Assembly: GCF_036917615.1 (NCBI RefSeq)
Contig: NZ_JBALCZ010000040.1
Span: 80,292 to 144,291, forward strand
Length of the DNA: 64,000 nt
Direction of reading: 5' to 3'
DNA from: Nostoc sp.
Lineage (GTDB): Bacteria; Cyanobacteriota; Cyanobacteriia; Cyanobacteriales; Nostocaceae
Notes under the pieces: generated by a model
The model's input: only the letters and a program-made list of their open reading frames with translations
What the model was told of the DNA's origin: nothing
Databases searched by the model: none
Made by a program: the position numbers and the translations under genes
Part shown: positions 28,608 through 38,290 of the stretch, piece after piece
How positions within the stretch are numbered: position 1 is the stretch's first letter
Layout of the letters: every line of letters starts with the position of its first letter

Positions 28608-29404
28608 AAATGTATGCTAAAAAATAATTTCTAGAGTAAATAACAAGACTCAGTAAAGAAGATTCTTCACCTTGACAAACTAAATTGATTGTCTTGTCTC
28701 ATCTTATTGTAAGACGACAATGGATTGCTGTTTTCCGCACTGGAAGTAAGTATTTTATAATTTCTTTATAAAATTCTCAATAGAGAATTTAAGGCAAAAG
28801 CCAGTCTAGCAATGACTTTTAACGTTTAAACCATAACTGTATTTTTCTTAAAACTTTTATAATCTTCAAGTATCATGACTTGCACTTGCGCTTGTCTGTT
28901 ATCTGTTTTGTCAGTAAATGTCTTCTTTGTCGTTACTGCTTCTAGATCGCCTCTACCCTTCTATATTGATTTGTCTTCTTAGCTCAGTTGTATTGAAAAC
29001 AAGCGATGAGTCGTTTTATAATTGGATTTGTGCTATCCAATCAAGTAGAGCCTTAGAGACAAAGTGATCGCTTCACTAAGAAGAAGAATTTTTTAATCAC
29101 TGTGCCTCGTTATATCTCATACCGAGCATTGGGATATTGCGACGGTGGCGATCGCCCTCGCCCAAATCCCCCATTTCCGCTTCCTGTTTTGAGTAACTTA
29201 AAGTTATTGAATCTTGCTCTCTTTTTGCTTGGATATCTAGGTATCCAATAAACTAGGCAAATATTGTGTGGGCATAGCCAGCCCTTCATGCCATCCCTTT
29301 CGCCACATCCATGCCAAGGGGCGGTTCGTGGGTGCAAGATTGTGAAAAGTTTTTCAGGAATGGAGACTAGAACTTACGCATTGACAGAAAAATGATAATG
29401 TGCC

Positions 29405-29492
29405 AGGACTTACGCACGGGTTATGAAAGAACGAACCACAGAGACACAGAGTACACGGAGGAATGATTTGAGAGGTTTTTTGCGTAAGTCCT
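29405..29492. mobile_element. Minimal (88-bp) copy of the AGGACTTACGCA-TIR MITE
   Basis: aggacttacgca...ttatgaaagaacgaaccacagagacacagag...ggaatgatttgagaggtttttTGCGTAAGTCCT. A degenerate extra TIR lies at 29369. Confidence 0.8.
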
Positions 29493-29610
29493 AATGTTGA
29501 ATTATGTTTACCTACTGGTAATTAAAAATATTAGTACAATAATTATACTTAACCCAATTGTAGGGAGTATTTTATTAAACAATTGTGGCAATCTAGCAAA
29601 TAACTTTTCA

Positions 29611-30018
29611 ATGGGTTTACTTATGGCTAAAAAATCTCAACCAAATCTAGAACAATACCAAGATGTCAGATTATCTGCCACCACAAGAATTTGGGTAATT
29701 ACAGTCGCCATTCTCGGAGTTTGCGTCCCACTATCAGCCGTTACTAGAAGCGGTGCTATTCTTCCTTTAGTTGCTATTGGTGGCGCAGCTGTTGGTACAG
29801 TTGCTGTTTGGCGTTCTGATGAGCAAAAATCAAAAACTAACTATTTGCAACAACAGCAAATAGAACTGTTAGAGCGGAGATTAGCGAATTTAGAAACAAT
29901 TGTTAGCAGTGATGACTTGAACTTGCAAATGAAAATTAAACAAATCGAAGCAAAGGATACTTTTGGGGACTCTTCTGATCTAAGTACTACACCCAGACAA
30001 CCAAAACGCAAAGGTTAA
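29611..30018 (+). CDS. Hypothetical membrane protein (two TM helices plus a C-terminal coiled coil)
   Basis: Start placed at the internal MGLLMAKK. TM helices IWVITVAILGVCVPLSAV and ILPLVAIGGAAVGTVAVW. Coiled coil QQQQIELLERRLANLETIV. Confidence 0.5.
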   Translation: MGLLMAKKSQPNLEQYQDVRLSATTRIWVITVAILGVCVPLSAVTRSGAILPLVAIGGAAVGTVAVWRSDEQKSKTNYLQQQQIELLERRLANLETIVSSDDLNLQMKIKQIEAKDTFGDSSDLSTTPRQPKRKG

Positions 30019-30424
30019 AATTAGCTAATCTTCACAATTTATACCGATTTCAGATGATATCCCCGATAATCATAGTTACTAAGTCATTTTTGTGTAGGCA
30101 TTTGTTGACTTAACGTTACTACAACCTTTGAAATCCCTTTTAGATTAAACTTTCCTTTGCAGCTAGAACTGTTTCTAGGGAAACAGTATCTTGTTCTCCA
30201 TGTCCGTTAGAATTAACGGACATCAACTAATTCTATATACTTCAGTTGCATCAGTTAATGAAATATCTAAGTGCTATTCATCTATCTCTTTGCCGCAAAC
30301 ATCTGCCAATGGCTGTGTTTTATTAGACTACTAACATTACTGAATTTTTAATTAACTAAGGTTATAAACTTGAGTAATTGCATTGGTATAGCTTACCGTA
30401 GGTATGCAATAGTTTTCCGCAGGA

Positions 30425-32194
30425 ATGCAGATGGATTGGATTAGCTTACTCAAAGCTCAACAAACTGACTTCCTTCAACGTGTGAAAAAACCTAAAACTT
30501 ATGACTTATCTTTGCTGGAAAGTCAAGTTAAAGGTTGTCACACTGAAGTTATGGCCTTTTGGGGGGAGCCATTGGCTAGACTCCAAGAACTTTCTCGCCA
30601 ACAAGCAGAAGTTCTCGCCAAAAATCCGCCGCCGACGCCGCCGGAATATCCTGAGCCTCCTGACTGGACGATACCTTTTCCCAAATACTTCCAACAACAA
30701 GCCCAAGATTATCTTTTACGGGAGCATATTGTTGACAGAGTAATAACTGAACGCTTGGGCAAGTTAGTAAAAAAGGTGTCACAAGATACTTTGCAAAACA
30801 TGATTTTAGATGATGAGGGAAATTTGGGTGGCGAAAGTAAATTTCCTTATACGATCAAAGATCATCCTCAGCTAAGTGTTCAAGTTTACGTTGCTGATGG
30901 AGAAAGTTTTAATGGTATTAAGAAAGACAAAATTAAGTGGTCAGTTACTCAAGAAGATTTAAAAAATCACCAAGTATTAATTTTTCTCTGTTTGTTTTAT
31001 CCATCTACAGGTAATTTAGGTTACGAAAGACAAAGCATAATTACAGGTTTTTTACCTACAAATGAACTTGAATTTTCTGAACCAAAACTGTATGTCACTC
31101 CGAGTAATTTGTTATACGCGGGGGGGTTGAGTTGGTATTTAGAATCACTTATGGGTAAAAAAGACACGTCGCCAGTAATTAATGAGAGAGCGATCGCAGA
31201 TACAATACAGACTCTACCATCAGAGCATTGCCTCAAGGGTATAGTCGGTGACTGGGAATGCTGGCAGACTTTGCAAGGGCACAACAGAGGGATTAATTGC
31301 TTGGCTTTCAGTTTTGCGTGTAATAATGGCAAAGCCTTACCCATATTGGCAAGCGGGAGTCGGGGAGAGACGAAGCTCTGGGATTTAAGCAAGGGTGAAT
31401 TAATAGATACATTGTCAGAGTATCCTTGGGTGATATCTGGGCTGGTGGATGAAGTGAATTCCCTCGCCTTTAGTTCAGATGGGCAGACTTTAGTGAGTTG
31501 TGGTGCAGATTCCACAATTAAGCTTTGGCATGTAGGCGCACTAGATTTGATAGATATTTTGCACAAACATAATGGGGTAGTGCGGTGTGCTGCCTTCACC
31601 CCAGATGGCAGAATGTTAGCTACTGGCGGAGATGACAGAAAAATTCTGTTTTGGGATTTGATGCAACGTCAGGTTGCGATCGCCCTGTCTTTAGATGATA
31701 CAGCTGCTCATTCCCTGGTTTTAAGTCGAGACGGGGAAACTCTGGTTACAGGTAGCTACCGCAAAATCAAAGTCTGGCGCACCTTACCGAAGACGGGGAT
31801 TAAAAGTTTAAAGGACGCACAACCACTGCATACCCTCATGGGTCATTCTCACATCGTTCGGTCCTTAGCAATCAGTGCAGATGCTAAACTGCTCGTGAGT
31901 GGTAGCTGGGATCAAACGATTAAAATTTGGCAATTGGAGACTGGGGAATTACTTCATACTCTGAAAGGACATAGAGATAGAGTATATGCGATCGCTTTAA
32001 GTCCCGATGGACAAATTATTGCCAGCGGTAGTGCTGATAAAACCATCAAGTTATGGCATCTACAAACCGGGGAATTGCTGGGTACGTTTACAGGTCATGG
32101 GAATATAGTCACAGCATTAGCTTTCACAGCTTCCGGCGAAATGTTGGTTAGCGGGAGTTTGGATAAGACAATTAAAATTTGGCAACGGAGTTAA
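30425..32194 (+). CDS. WD40-repeat protein with an uncharacterised N-terminal region of about 270 aa
   Basis: 589 aa. The C-terminal half has repeated GH...SPDG..LASGS.D.TIKLW units. Confidence 0.85.
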   Translation: MQMDWISLLKAQQTDFLQRVKKPKTYDLSLLESQVKGCHTEVMAFWGEPLARLQELSRQQAEVLAKNPPPTPPEYPEPPDWTIPFPKYFQQQAQDYLLREHIVDRVITERLGKLVKKVSQDTLQNMILDDEGNLGGESKFPYTIKDHPQLSVQVYVADGESFNGIKKDKIKWSVTQEDLKNHQVLIFLCLFYPSTGNLGYERQSIITGFLPTNELEFSEPKLYVTPSNLLYAGGLSWYLESLMGKKDTSPVINERAIADTIQTLPSEHCLKGIVGDWECWQTLQGHNRGINCLAFSFACNNGKALPILASGSRGETKLWDLSKGELIDTLSEYPWVISGLVDEVNSLAFSSDGQTLVSCGADSTIKLWHVGALDLIDILHKHNGVVRCAAFTPDGRMLATGGDDRKILFWDLMQRQVAIALSLDDTAAHSLVLSRDGETLVTGSYRKIKVWRTLPKTGIKSLKDAQPLHTLMGHSHIVRSLAISADAKLLVSGSWDQTIKIWQLETGELLHTLKGHRDRVYAIALSPDGQIIASGSADKTIKLWHLQTGELLGTFTGHGNIVTALAFTASGEMLVSGSLDKTIKIWQRS

Positions 32195-32220
32195 ACTAAT
32201 TCGTAATTAATTGTCGAGTT

Positions 32221-32316
32221 TTTGAGATTCGTGGATGAGGTTCAGAAGTCCGTTGACGAGTGTTTGATACTCGTTCATCTACCTTTGATACTCGTTAACG
32301 AGTCTTTGATACTCGT
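32221..32316. repeat. TTTGAnACTCGT-like motif recurring with 21-bp phasing, forming ACGAGT-N7-ACTCGT dyads
   Basis: Three exact copies of tttgatactcgt at 32263, 32284 and 32305, plus degenerate copies at 32221 and 32242. Includes the palindrome actcgttaacgagt. Confidence 0.6.
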
Positions 32317-32515
32317 GGACAACAAACTTTAAAAACTTTTTGCGTTTGGGTGCCTCTGCGTGAAACTTAAAACTCTGCTATAGCGATTCCCATTCAGATG
32401 CGGTACAACATTATATTGCAAGGTGAAGAGGCGGCAGTGCCCATAGGTGTCAACTTAACGTGAAAGCCTGTCTAGATAAGTCCTTCAGAGATTGCCTCGT
32501 CAAGAGTCTCTGACT

Positions 32516-32646
32516 CTTAAGGGACTTCCAAATAAAAAAATATCCCATCGCTTTTAGGGCAGGGGGCAGGGAGCTCTTAGCAGGGGGAGAGAAAGTCGTT
32601 TTGATTCGGTGAAATTGGATAATTTATTTCTTGGAAGTCCCTAAGG
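32516..32646. mobile_element. MITE-like unit bounded by inverted AAGGGACTTCCAA(A)TAAA repeats
   Basis: Left end cttaagggacttccaaataaa; right end tttatttcttggaagtccctaagg. The interior gggcagggggcagggagc module recurs at 37695, and a solo end lies at 34077. Confidence 0.55.
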
Positions 32647-32912
32647 GAGACGCTACGCGTAGCTTGCTTCCCCGGAGGGGTACAAGTCTCTTAACCGCAA
32701 GGGCGTACTGGCTCCCCTTTCAAAGAGGGGAGTTTGTATTACTAATTTGTAAGGGAGAAAGGGTGAAAGCTTTATCAGCAGTGGAATCGTGCAAGCGATC
32801 GCCCAATGTGGTATCTACAGAACTGATGAGGGTTAAAAATAGGGCGTGGAGATGTCTACCAGTAAGAAACTGTGGCGGAACAGGCGCTTGAGGTAGCAAA
32901 TTCAACACTAAA

Positions 32913-33533
32913 CTATGAGGCATACTTTCTCTTTTTGGTTGTAGACTGAGTGCTTCTTGACTCTACAGTGAACTCAGGTATTTCCCGGAGTTCAGCTTCA
33001 CTCAAACTATACTGCTCACAAACTAAACTTAAACGATTTCCCGGAGTTTTAACAGCGTTAACCGAATGGGTTAAATCACCTTGAAAATAAAGTAAAGTAT
33101 TGATTTGGGGCTTAATTTGCCCAAGTTGGCGTTTATGCGATCGCAATATCAGTTCTCCCCCTTCCATATCCGCAGGTACTCGCACATAGAGGACACTGAC
33201 AACCGCGGGCGGTTCAATGGTTTTGGAGTAGGAACGCAAGGAGCGATCGATATGCGGATCGACACGGGAGCCTTCCTTTAGCTGTAAAGGATTGAGGTAA
33301 AAAGCATTACAATTCGGCTGGAGAGCCAAATCAAGGTAAGGCTTGAAGTAGGGAAACTGCTGCTCTACCTTTGGTAATCCAGAACGCTGAAATACTACGG
33401 AAAATCCTTTGGTGGCGACAAAATCGCGGTTGAGGTTGTTGATAGCAAAGTAAGGACAAGCTTGGATTTCTCCCCACAAGTTATTTAGATAGTCGCTGGG
33501 GAAGGCGTTGAGTTGTTGTTGATAGTGTTTCAC
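32913..33533 (-). CDS. 2OG-Fe(II) oxygenase superfamily protein (prolyl-4-hydroxylase-like)
   Basis: 206 aa with HxD (DPHIDRS), distal His (DLTHSV) and RxS (NRLSLV). Confidence 0.65.
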   Translation of the reverse strand: MKHYQQQLNAFPSDYLNNLWGEIQACPYFAINNLNRDFVATKGFSVVFQRSGLPKVEQQFPYFKPYLDLALQPNCNAFYLNPLQLKEGSRVDPHIDRSLRSYSKTIEPPAVVSVLYVRVPADMEGGELILRSHKRQLGQIKPQINTLLYFQGDLTHSVNAVKTPGNRLSLVCEQYSLSEAELREIPEFTVESRSTQSTTKKRKYAS

Positions 33534-33622
33534 GATAGATGTGGGGAGCGTACAGAACTAACAGGGGTTAAAAATTGTAGCGTAATTTGTGACTGTGGAA
33601 AAGGTTAAAGACTATAGTAAAA

Positions 33623-33673
33623 TCATAAAGTTACAACGCGCGAGTCGATATTTTCATCCAGCTTTAACTTCAC
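33623..33673 (-). pseudogene. Possible remnant of a DUF5615 (Mut7-C/PIN-like) toxin gene, only 16 codons
   Basis: VKLKLDENIDSRVVTL* lies just downstream of the DUF433 gene. KLKLDENI resembles the usual start of the DUF433 partner family. Confidence 0.35.
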
Positions 33674-33737
33674 GCACTTGCAACATTTTTTTTGTCAAAG
33701 GAAGTTCTACAAAAATATCCCGCGCCATCTCTGCACC

Positions 33738-33971
33738 TTAGGCGATACAAGCCAACACATCTTCTCTTTCTATACTTGGATAACCTTCAATAACTTCTTC
33801 AATTGTTGTACCACCAGCTAAATAATCCAAAATTAGTGAAACCCAAATACGGTGTCCGCGAATGTACGGTTTACCGAAACAAATGTTCGGATCGATGGAA
33901 ATGCGAGAAAGCAAATCATTGTTTACAGCTTTACCTCTAATAGCCCTAGTTTTAACATATACATCCTTCAT
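33738..33971 (-). CDS. DUF433-family protein (antitoxin-like)
   Basis: 77 aa with family pattern IDPNICFGKPYIRGHRIWVSLILDYLAGGTTIEEVIEGYP. Confidence 0.75.
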   Translation of the reverse strand: MKDVYVKTRAIRGKAVNNDLLSRISIDPNICFGKPYIRGHRIWVSLILDYLAGGTTIEEVIEGYPSIEREDVLACIA

Positions 33972-34720
33972 CCTTTTTTGGCTGACAATGCCAATCTCCC
34001 AACCTTGAACTTTCCTTCAACTCTTTCCCTCTCCGACTCGGAGAGGGACGTTTTACGTAGTAAAACCTCTTAGAGGTTTTTTATTTGGAAGTCCCTTAAC
34101 ATACTTGACAAAAGTACATTCCCATAAGATGCACTCATGTAACCGTTGCCTGCGATCGCCTATAGTCATCTACAATACGTAGGTAACACAAATGAGGTGA
34201 TAACAAGGTTTCCAGACATCAATTCGGAAAATTAAAGAAAAAAATAATTACTAATTGCCTAAAAATTCCGGTTTTTTTGGCTTTGTGATGATAAATAAAA
34301 ATAATAGCCTTGAATGTCATGCTTGCTAACGCGAAGGATTACTGAAATTCTTCGCTGCTTTCAGGATGACTACTGAACATTAAACAACATCTGCCGCCAA
34401 TCAATTTTTTTGCTGGAGATGCTTTTTTGCCACAAAAAAAGGAGATACAGCTACATCAAAAGGCTCTACCACAAAACTTGCTCTAGATGTATCTAAGTAA
34501 CTATGCTAATAAAGTGTAAAGATGTCAGGGTATCTAAGAGGAAATTTTAAAGCAATTGTAAAGGACTTGGTGCCATTTTGGCAGGTTTTTATCGGAAAGA
34601 TGGGATATTAGTAGATTGTACAAATCTTTATTGTTATTCACTATCTACCGACAACTGCTAAGTACAAGCAAATACCGACACAGATAAGTTGAAGTAATTT
34701 AATGAAGTAGGAAATAATAC

Positions 34721-35980
34721 ATGGTATTATCACTGTCTTCTCATAACGTTATCCAGTATCTGCAAGACGCGGGGCTGTGTAGCTCAGAAGATGACGCATC
34801 AGATAAATCTGAGTTGCCAGGAAGTAGTAAGAACAATTTCGATTTACTAGTGACTCTAGCAGATAATCGGAAACTGCTCATTAAACAAGAACGTAACGTT
34901 AAAAACAATGACGCCGCGCCCCATGAATTGTTTCAGGAGTGGCTGTTTCACCAGTTGCTCCAGCAGTTTCCAGTTCTTGGCAATATTTCCGCGATGCCTA
35001 CGGCGGTAGACTACGCACCATTGGTAGTGCATTTTGACGAAGAAAATTCTATCCTTGTCCGCACCTACTTAAGTGAATATCGTGAGCTTGCGACATTCTA
35101 CCACAACAATGATATTTTTCCACAAGAAATTGCCACTGCGATCGGCACTACTTTGGCGGGACTACATCGCGCAACCTACAACCGCCGAGAATATAGGGAT
35201 TTTATGGCAACTGCTCCCCAAGGAGAGTTTCGCTATGGCTTTTACAATCCAGCCCAAGGGGTAGAGTCAATTGGGCCGGAGATTTTTGGAACTGTTCCCA
35301 CGGATGCGCTGAAATTCTATCTACTCTACCAGCAGTCGGAGAGTTTGGAATCAGCGATCGCTGATTTGGCATATAACTGGAATCCTTGCTGCTTGACTCA
35401 CAACGACCTGAAATTGAACAACATTTTGGTTCATTCCAGGTGGGAGAAACTAGATAATTGCTTAGTACGACTAATTGATTGGGAAGCTTGTGCTTGGGGA
35501 GATCCAGCTTTTGATTTAGGAACTTTATTAGCAAGCTATTTAGGAATTTGGCTCAAGAGTCTGGTAGTAGACCCCACTATTGAGTTAGAAGAATCTCTAC
35601 ATCTGGCGTTGACACCGTTAGAGAGTTTACAACCTTCAATCATTGCCCTAATTCGGGCTTATCTAAATGCTTTCCCTATGATTTTAGAATACCGCAGTGA
35701 CTTTATTTTGCGCGTTATCCAGTTTGCGGGGCTGGCACTGATTCATCAAATTCAGGAGATGATTACCTGGCAGAAATCCTTTAATAATGCTGACATCTGT
35801 ATGCTGCAAGTGGCTAAAAGTTTACTCACTATGCCGCAGCAAGCTGTACTGACTATTTTCGGGATATCAGAGTCAGAAATTCTGAATCCTGTGGCAAAAA
35901 TCCATAAACTTCCTCAGCCTGTAAAAGAGCCGCAGCTACTTCGGATTTATTACGAAAAAACTCGGCTTCGTGGTTGTTAA
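34721..35980 (+). CDS. APH/choline-kinase-fold phosphotransferase (protein-kinase-like)
   Basis: 419 aa with catalytic loop LTHNDLKLNNILV, metal-binding LIDWE, GDPAFDL and candidate ATP lysine LLIKQ. Confidence 0.8.
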   Translation: MVLSLSSHNVIQYLQDAGLCSSEDDASDKSELPGSSKNNFDLLVTLADNRKLLIKQERNVKNNDAAPHELFQEWLFHQLLQQFPVLGNISAMPTAVDYAPLVVHFDEENSILVRTYLSEYRELATFYHNNDIFPQEIATAIGTTLAGLHRATYNRREYRDFMATAPQGEFRYGFYNPAQGVESIGPEIFGTVPTDALKFYLLYQQSESLESAIADLAYNWNPCCLTHNDLKLNNILVHSRWEKLDNCLVRLIDWEACAWGDPAFDLGTLLASYLGIWLKSLVVDPTIELEESLHLALTPLESLQPSIIALIRAYLNAFPMILEYRSDFILRVIQFAGLALIHQIQEMITWQKSFNNADICMLQVAKSLLTMPQQAVLTIFGISESEILNPVAKIHKLPQPVKEPQLLRIYYEKTRLRGC

Positions 35981-35989
35981 TGGCAGGGA

Positions 35990-36043
35990 GCAGAACAATT
36001 TAAAAGCCAGATAACTTCAATTAGACATTTTGAATTGTTCTGC
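35990..36043 (+). other. Hairpin with a perfect 11-bp stem in the spacer between the kinase and HopA1-like genes
   Basis: gcagaacaatt - 32 nt - aattgttctgc. Confidence 0.6.
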
Positions 36044-36131
36044 GTATTCTCCTATCATAATTTTTCGATAATTTTTCCCCCAGAGGGGTTTCATAATTTT
36101 AGATTTTCCAGTTTGAGTTCTAAATGGATTA

Positions 36132-37220
36132 ATGCTAAATTCCTCTATCAATCAACCGCTAACTTCTCTATTCGACATTGCTAAAAATATCCAGATTGAG
36201 TCAAATTTTTGTATTTACCATCCCAATTATCAACCCTTTGCTCTGCCGACTAAAGTAGCCGACAGATTTCAGCAAAACTCGGCAGATTTACAACATAAAT
36301 ATCTCACGCTCTTACTGCGAAACTTTCTTTATGGGATCTATTATAATGGCTCTCTACAAAGTACTTTAGCAGTCAATACTGATAGTACTAATCACCCGCC
36401 AAAGCAGAATTTAGCAGATAATTCCACCTTAGAAATTGATTGGAACTTTTACGAACATCTGCACGCCAGTAATCACGGCATAGGTTACTTTGACCCTCGA
36501 TGGCAGGTGTTGCGGAAAGAACCTGATGGCACTATGGCGGTAACTAAAGGCGGTTTAACACTTTATGTTGAGCCAGACTGCCATCTAGAATCCAGTAAGA
36601 AATCTACCAAAGTGGGTGATATGGTAGCAATCTGGATGCCCAAAAATCGACTGCAAAATGGCTGTTACTTGGCAGTTAGTAATGTCGGACAGGAACGCCA
36701 GAGCAACCCCGATGCTGATTTAGGAGCAGGGCGAATTTACTTTAACTTTAGGGCATCTGGTGCGATCGCTCTCATGGAAAGCCTGACACTACAATTGAAT
36801 GCAGCCTCGATTCCCTTTAGCTTTCAGGTTCTTCACAATCCCTGTGCATACGGACGCTATGATTCGGGGCTACTCTACTTTGAACTCCCCAACTATCCAG
36901 CAATTCGCACAATCCTTCAGGCTGTTTATCCAGAAAATCAATCGCATTTCCAACCCGAAATTCCCTTATTTACAAAATTTTTAGCACCAGGGTTAGGTTT
37001 AGCCGAGGAACCAACCCAAAAATTTGCAGCACAAGAAAGTTTTGGGATGAACCGTTGCCAAATTGTCGCTAATGCTTTATTAGAAGCTTGGCAAAAAGGT
37101 AAAAATGCGATGGAGGAACGGATGAGGGTTATTGACCAACACTTTACACGCCATACAATCGACTTGCAGCGTCCCTATCTTAATCCCAATTCTAAGGATA
37201 TATATTACCCGCTAAATTGA
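36132..37220 (+). CDS. HopA1-effector-like family protein (candidate lyase partner of the kinase)
   Basis: 362 aa. My recollection of the family pattern: GRIYFNF...ALMESL...IPFSFQVLHNPCAYGRYDSGLLYF...FTKFLAPGLGLAEEP...SFGMNRCQIVA. Not verified by HMM. Confidence 0.5.
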   Translation: MLNSSINQPLTSLFDIAKNIQIESNFCIYHPNYQPFALPTKVADRFQQNSADLQHKYLTLLLRNFLYGIYYNGSLQSTLAVNTDSTNHPPKQNLADNSTLEIDWNFYEHLHASNHGIGYFDPRWQVLRKEPDGTMAVTKGGLTLYVEPDCHLESSKKSTKVGDMVAIWMPKNRLQNGCYLAVSNVGQERQSNPDADLGAGRIYFNFRASGAIALMESLTLQLNAASIPFSFQVLHNPCAYGRYDSGLLYFELPNYPAIRTILQAVYPENQSHFQPEIPLFTKFLAPGLGLAEEPTQKFAAQESFGMNRCQIVANALLEAWQKGKNAMEERMRVIDQHFTRHTIDLQRPYLNPNSKDIYYPLN

Positions 37221-37823
37221 TTGACGGGGATTGAATAATTTTTAAATTATCGGATATCTTGCATTAATAATTGCGATCGCCAATCTGATTTTTAGTTTGT
37301 TCCTCAGAACGATACCTTCTCTACGAGACGCTACGCATAGCTTGCTTCTCCGTAGAGTACGGTGAGCGTTCCGTAGGAAAGCTCACCGTTCGCTAACGCA
37401 AAAGTTTTCGGTCTACTGACTATCGCTGTGGCAACATTTAATGGTATTAGTCAACGTGGATGAGGGTGATCGCTTTCTTCACCTCAGTTCTGGGGGAAGG
37501 TAGTTAATTGCATAGCAAATCTTAACCGCACTTATAGAATAAAAATAGTGCGACCGTTTGTAGATAGACTTATAGCCTGGAGAAAAAAGGCTGTATTGCC
37601 TGCTCCTACAACTTCCCCTTGGTTTTTTCGACTATCTATTTGCCGCAGTTCGACCGAGATAAATAGGTCGGCGTAAATAATTATTGTTGGGATAAGGCAG
37701 GGGGCAGGGAGCAGGGAGCAGGGTGAGAAAGAGTTTGAGCCTTATTTACTTTTCTTCACACAGTTTGGTTTGATTGCACCGATTTACTTAAACAAACCGA
37801 TCATATCATTAGGAGTTGAAGCA

Positions 37824-38153
37824 ATGGTTACAACCGTCAACACAGATATAACTGTTGAGCGTGTTCAAGCAGCTGTAGAAGCCATTCTGAATGTATTGGG
37901 TGAACCAGCTACAGAGCAACAAAAACAAGCTATAGAAGCCTTCCACAGTGGTGATGGTGCCACAATCAAACGTCTCTCACTGTTAAACCTTACAGATAAC
38001 TATCTAAAGTGTTTAGGCTACCTAGTATCAGCCCCCAAACTAACGCCTAACACAGATACAATTTTGGCTGAGAGTGCTCGTAGTGCTGCCGAACACGCTA
38101 AAGATGTTGTTCTGGCTACACTTGGCACTGAGTTAGGGAATGCTTTTATTTGA
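37824..38153 (+). CDS. Hypothetical 109-aa, probably helical protein
   Basis: ATG preceded by aggag 8 nt upstream. The TTG start in the ORF track at 37770 is less likely. Confidence 0.5.
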   Translation: MVTTVNTDITVERVQAAVEAILNVLGEPATEQQKQAIEAFHSGDGATIKRLSLLNLTDNYLKCLGYLVSAPKLTPNTDTILAESARSAAEHAKDVVLATLGTELGNAFI

Positions 38154-38290
38154 TCAGTAAAGGAGCAAGCTGTTTATGGCATTCAGCCCAGATGTGAACG
38201 AAAATAGAAATAGGGACTGAAAAAGCTTGATTTTTCGTAGCTTAGAAAGTTTTTCTTGGTTAGGTTTTTTTAAAAACTTAGCAGCCCCAT

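Noticed and set aside
29110-29337. A 75-aa minus-strand ORF (MHPRTAPWHGCGERDGMKGW...)
   Set aside because: It has an unusual Gly/Arg/Trp-rich composition, no start context, and lies in the gene-poor AT-rich stretch. Treated as non-coding.
32631-32923. ORFs 32631..32891 (+) and 32720..32923 (-) between the WD40 and oxygenase genes
   Set aside because: Both run through the SDR/MITE nest (the gagacgctacgcgtagcttgcttcc module), so their open frames are repeat by-products.
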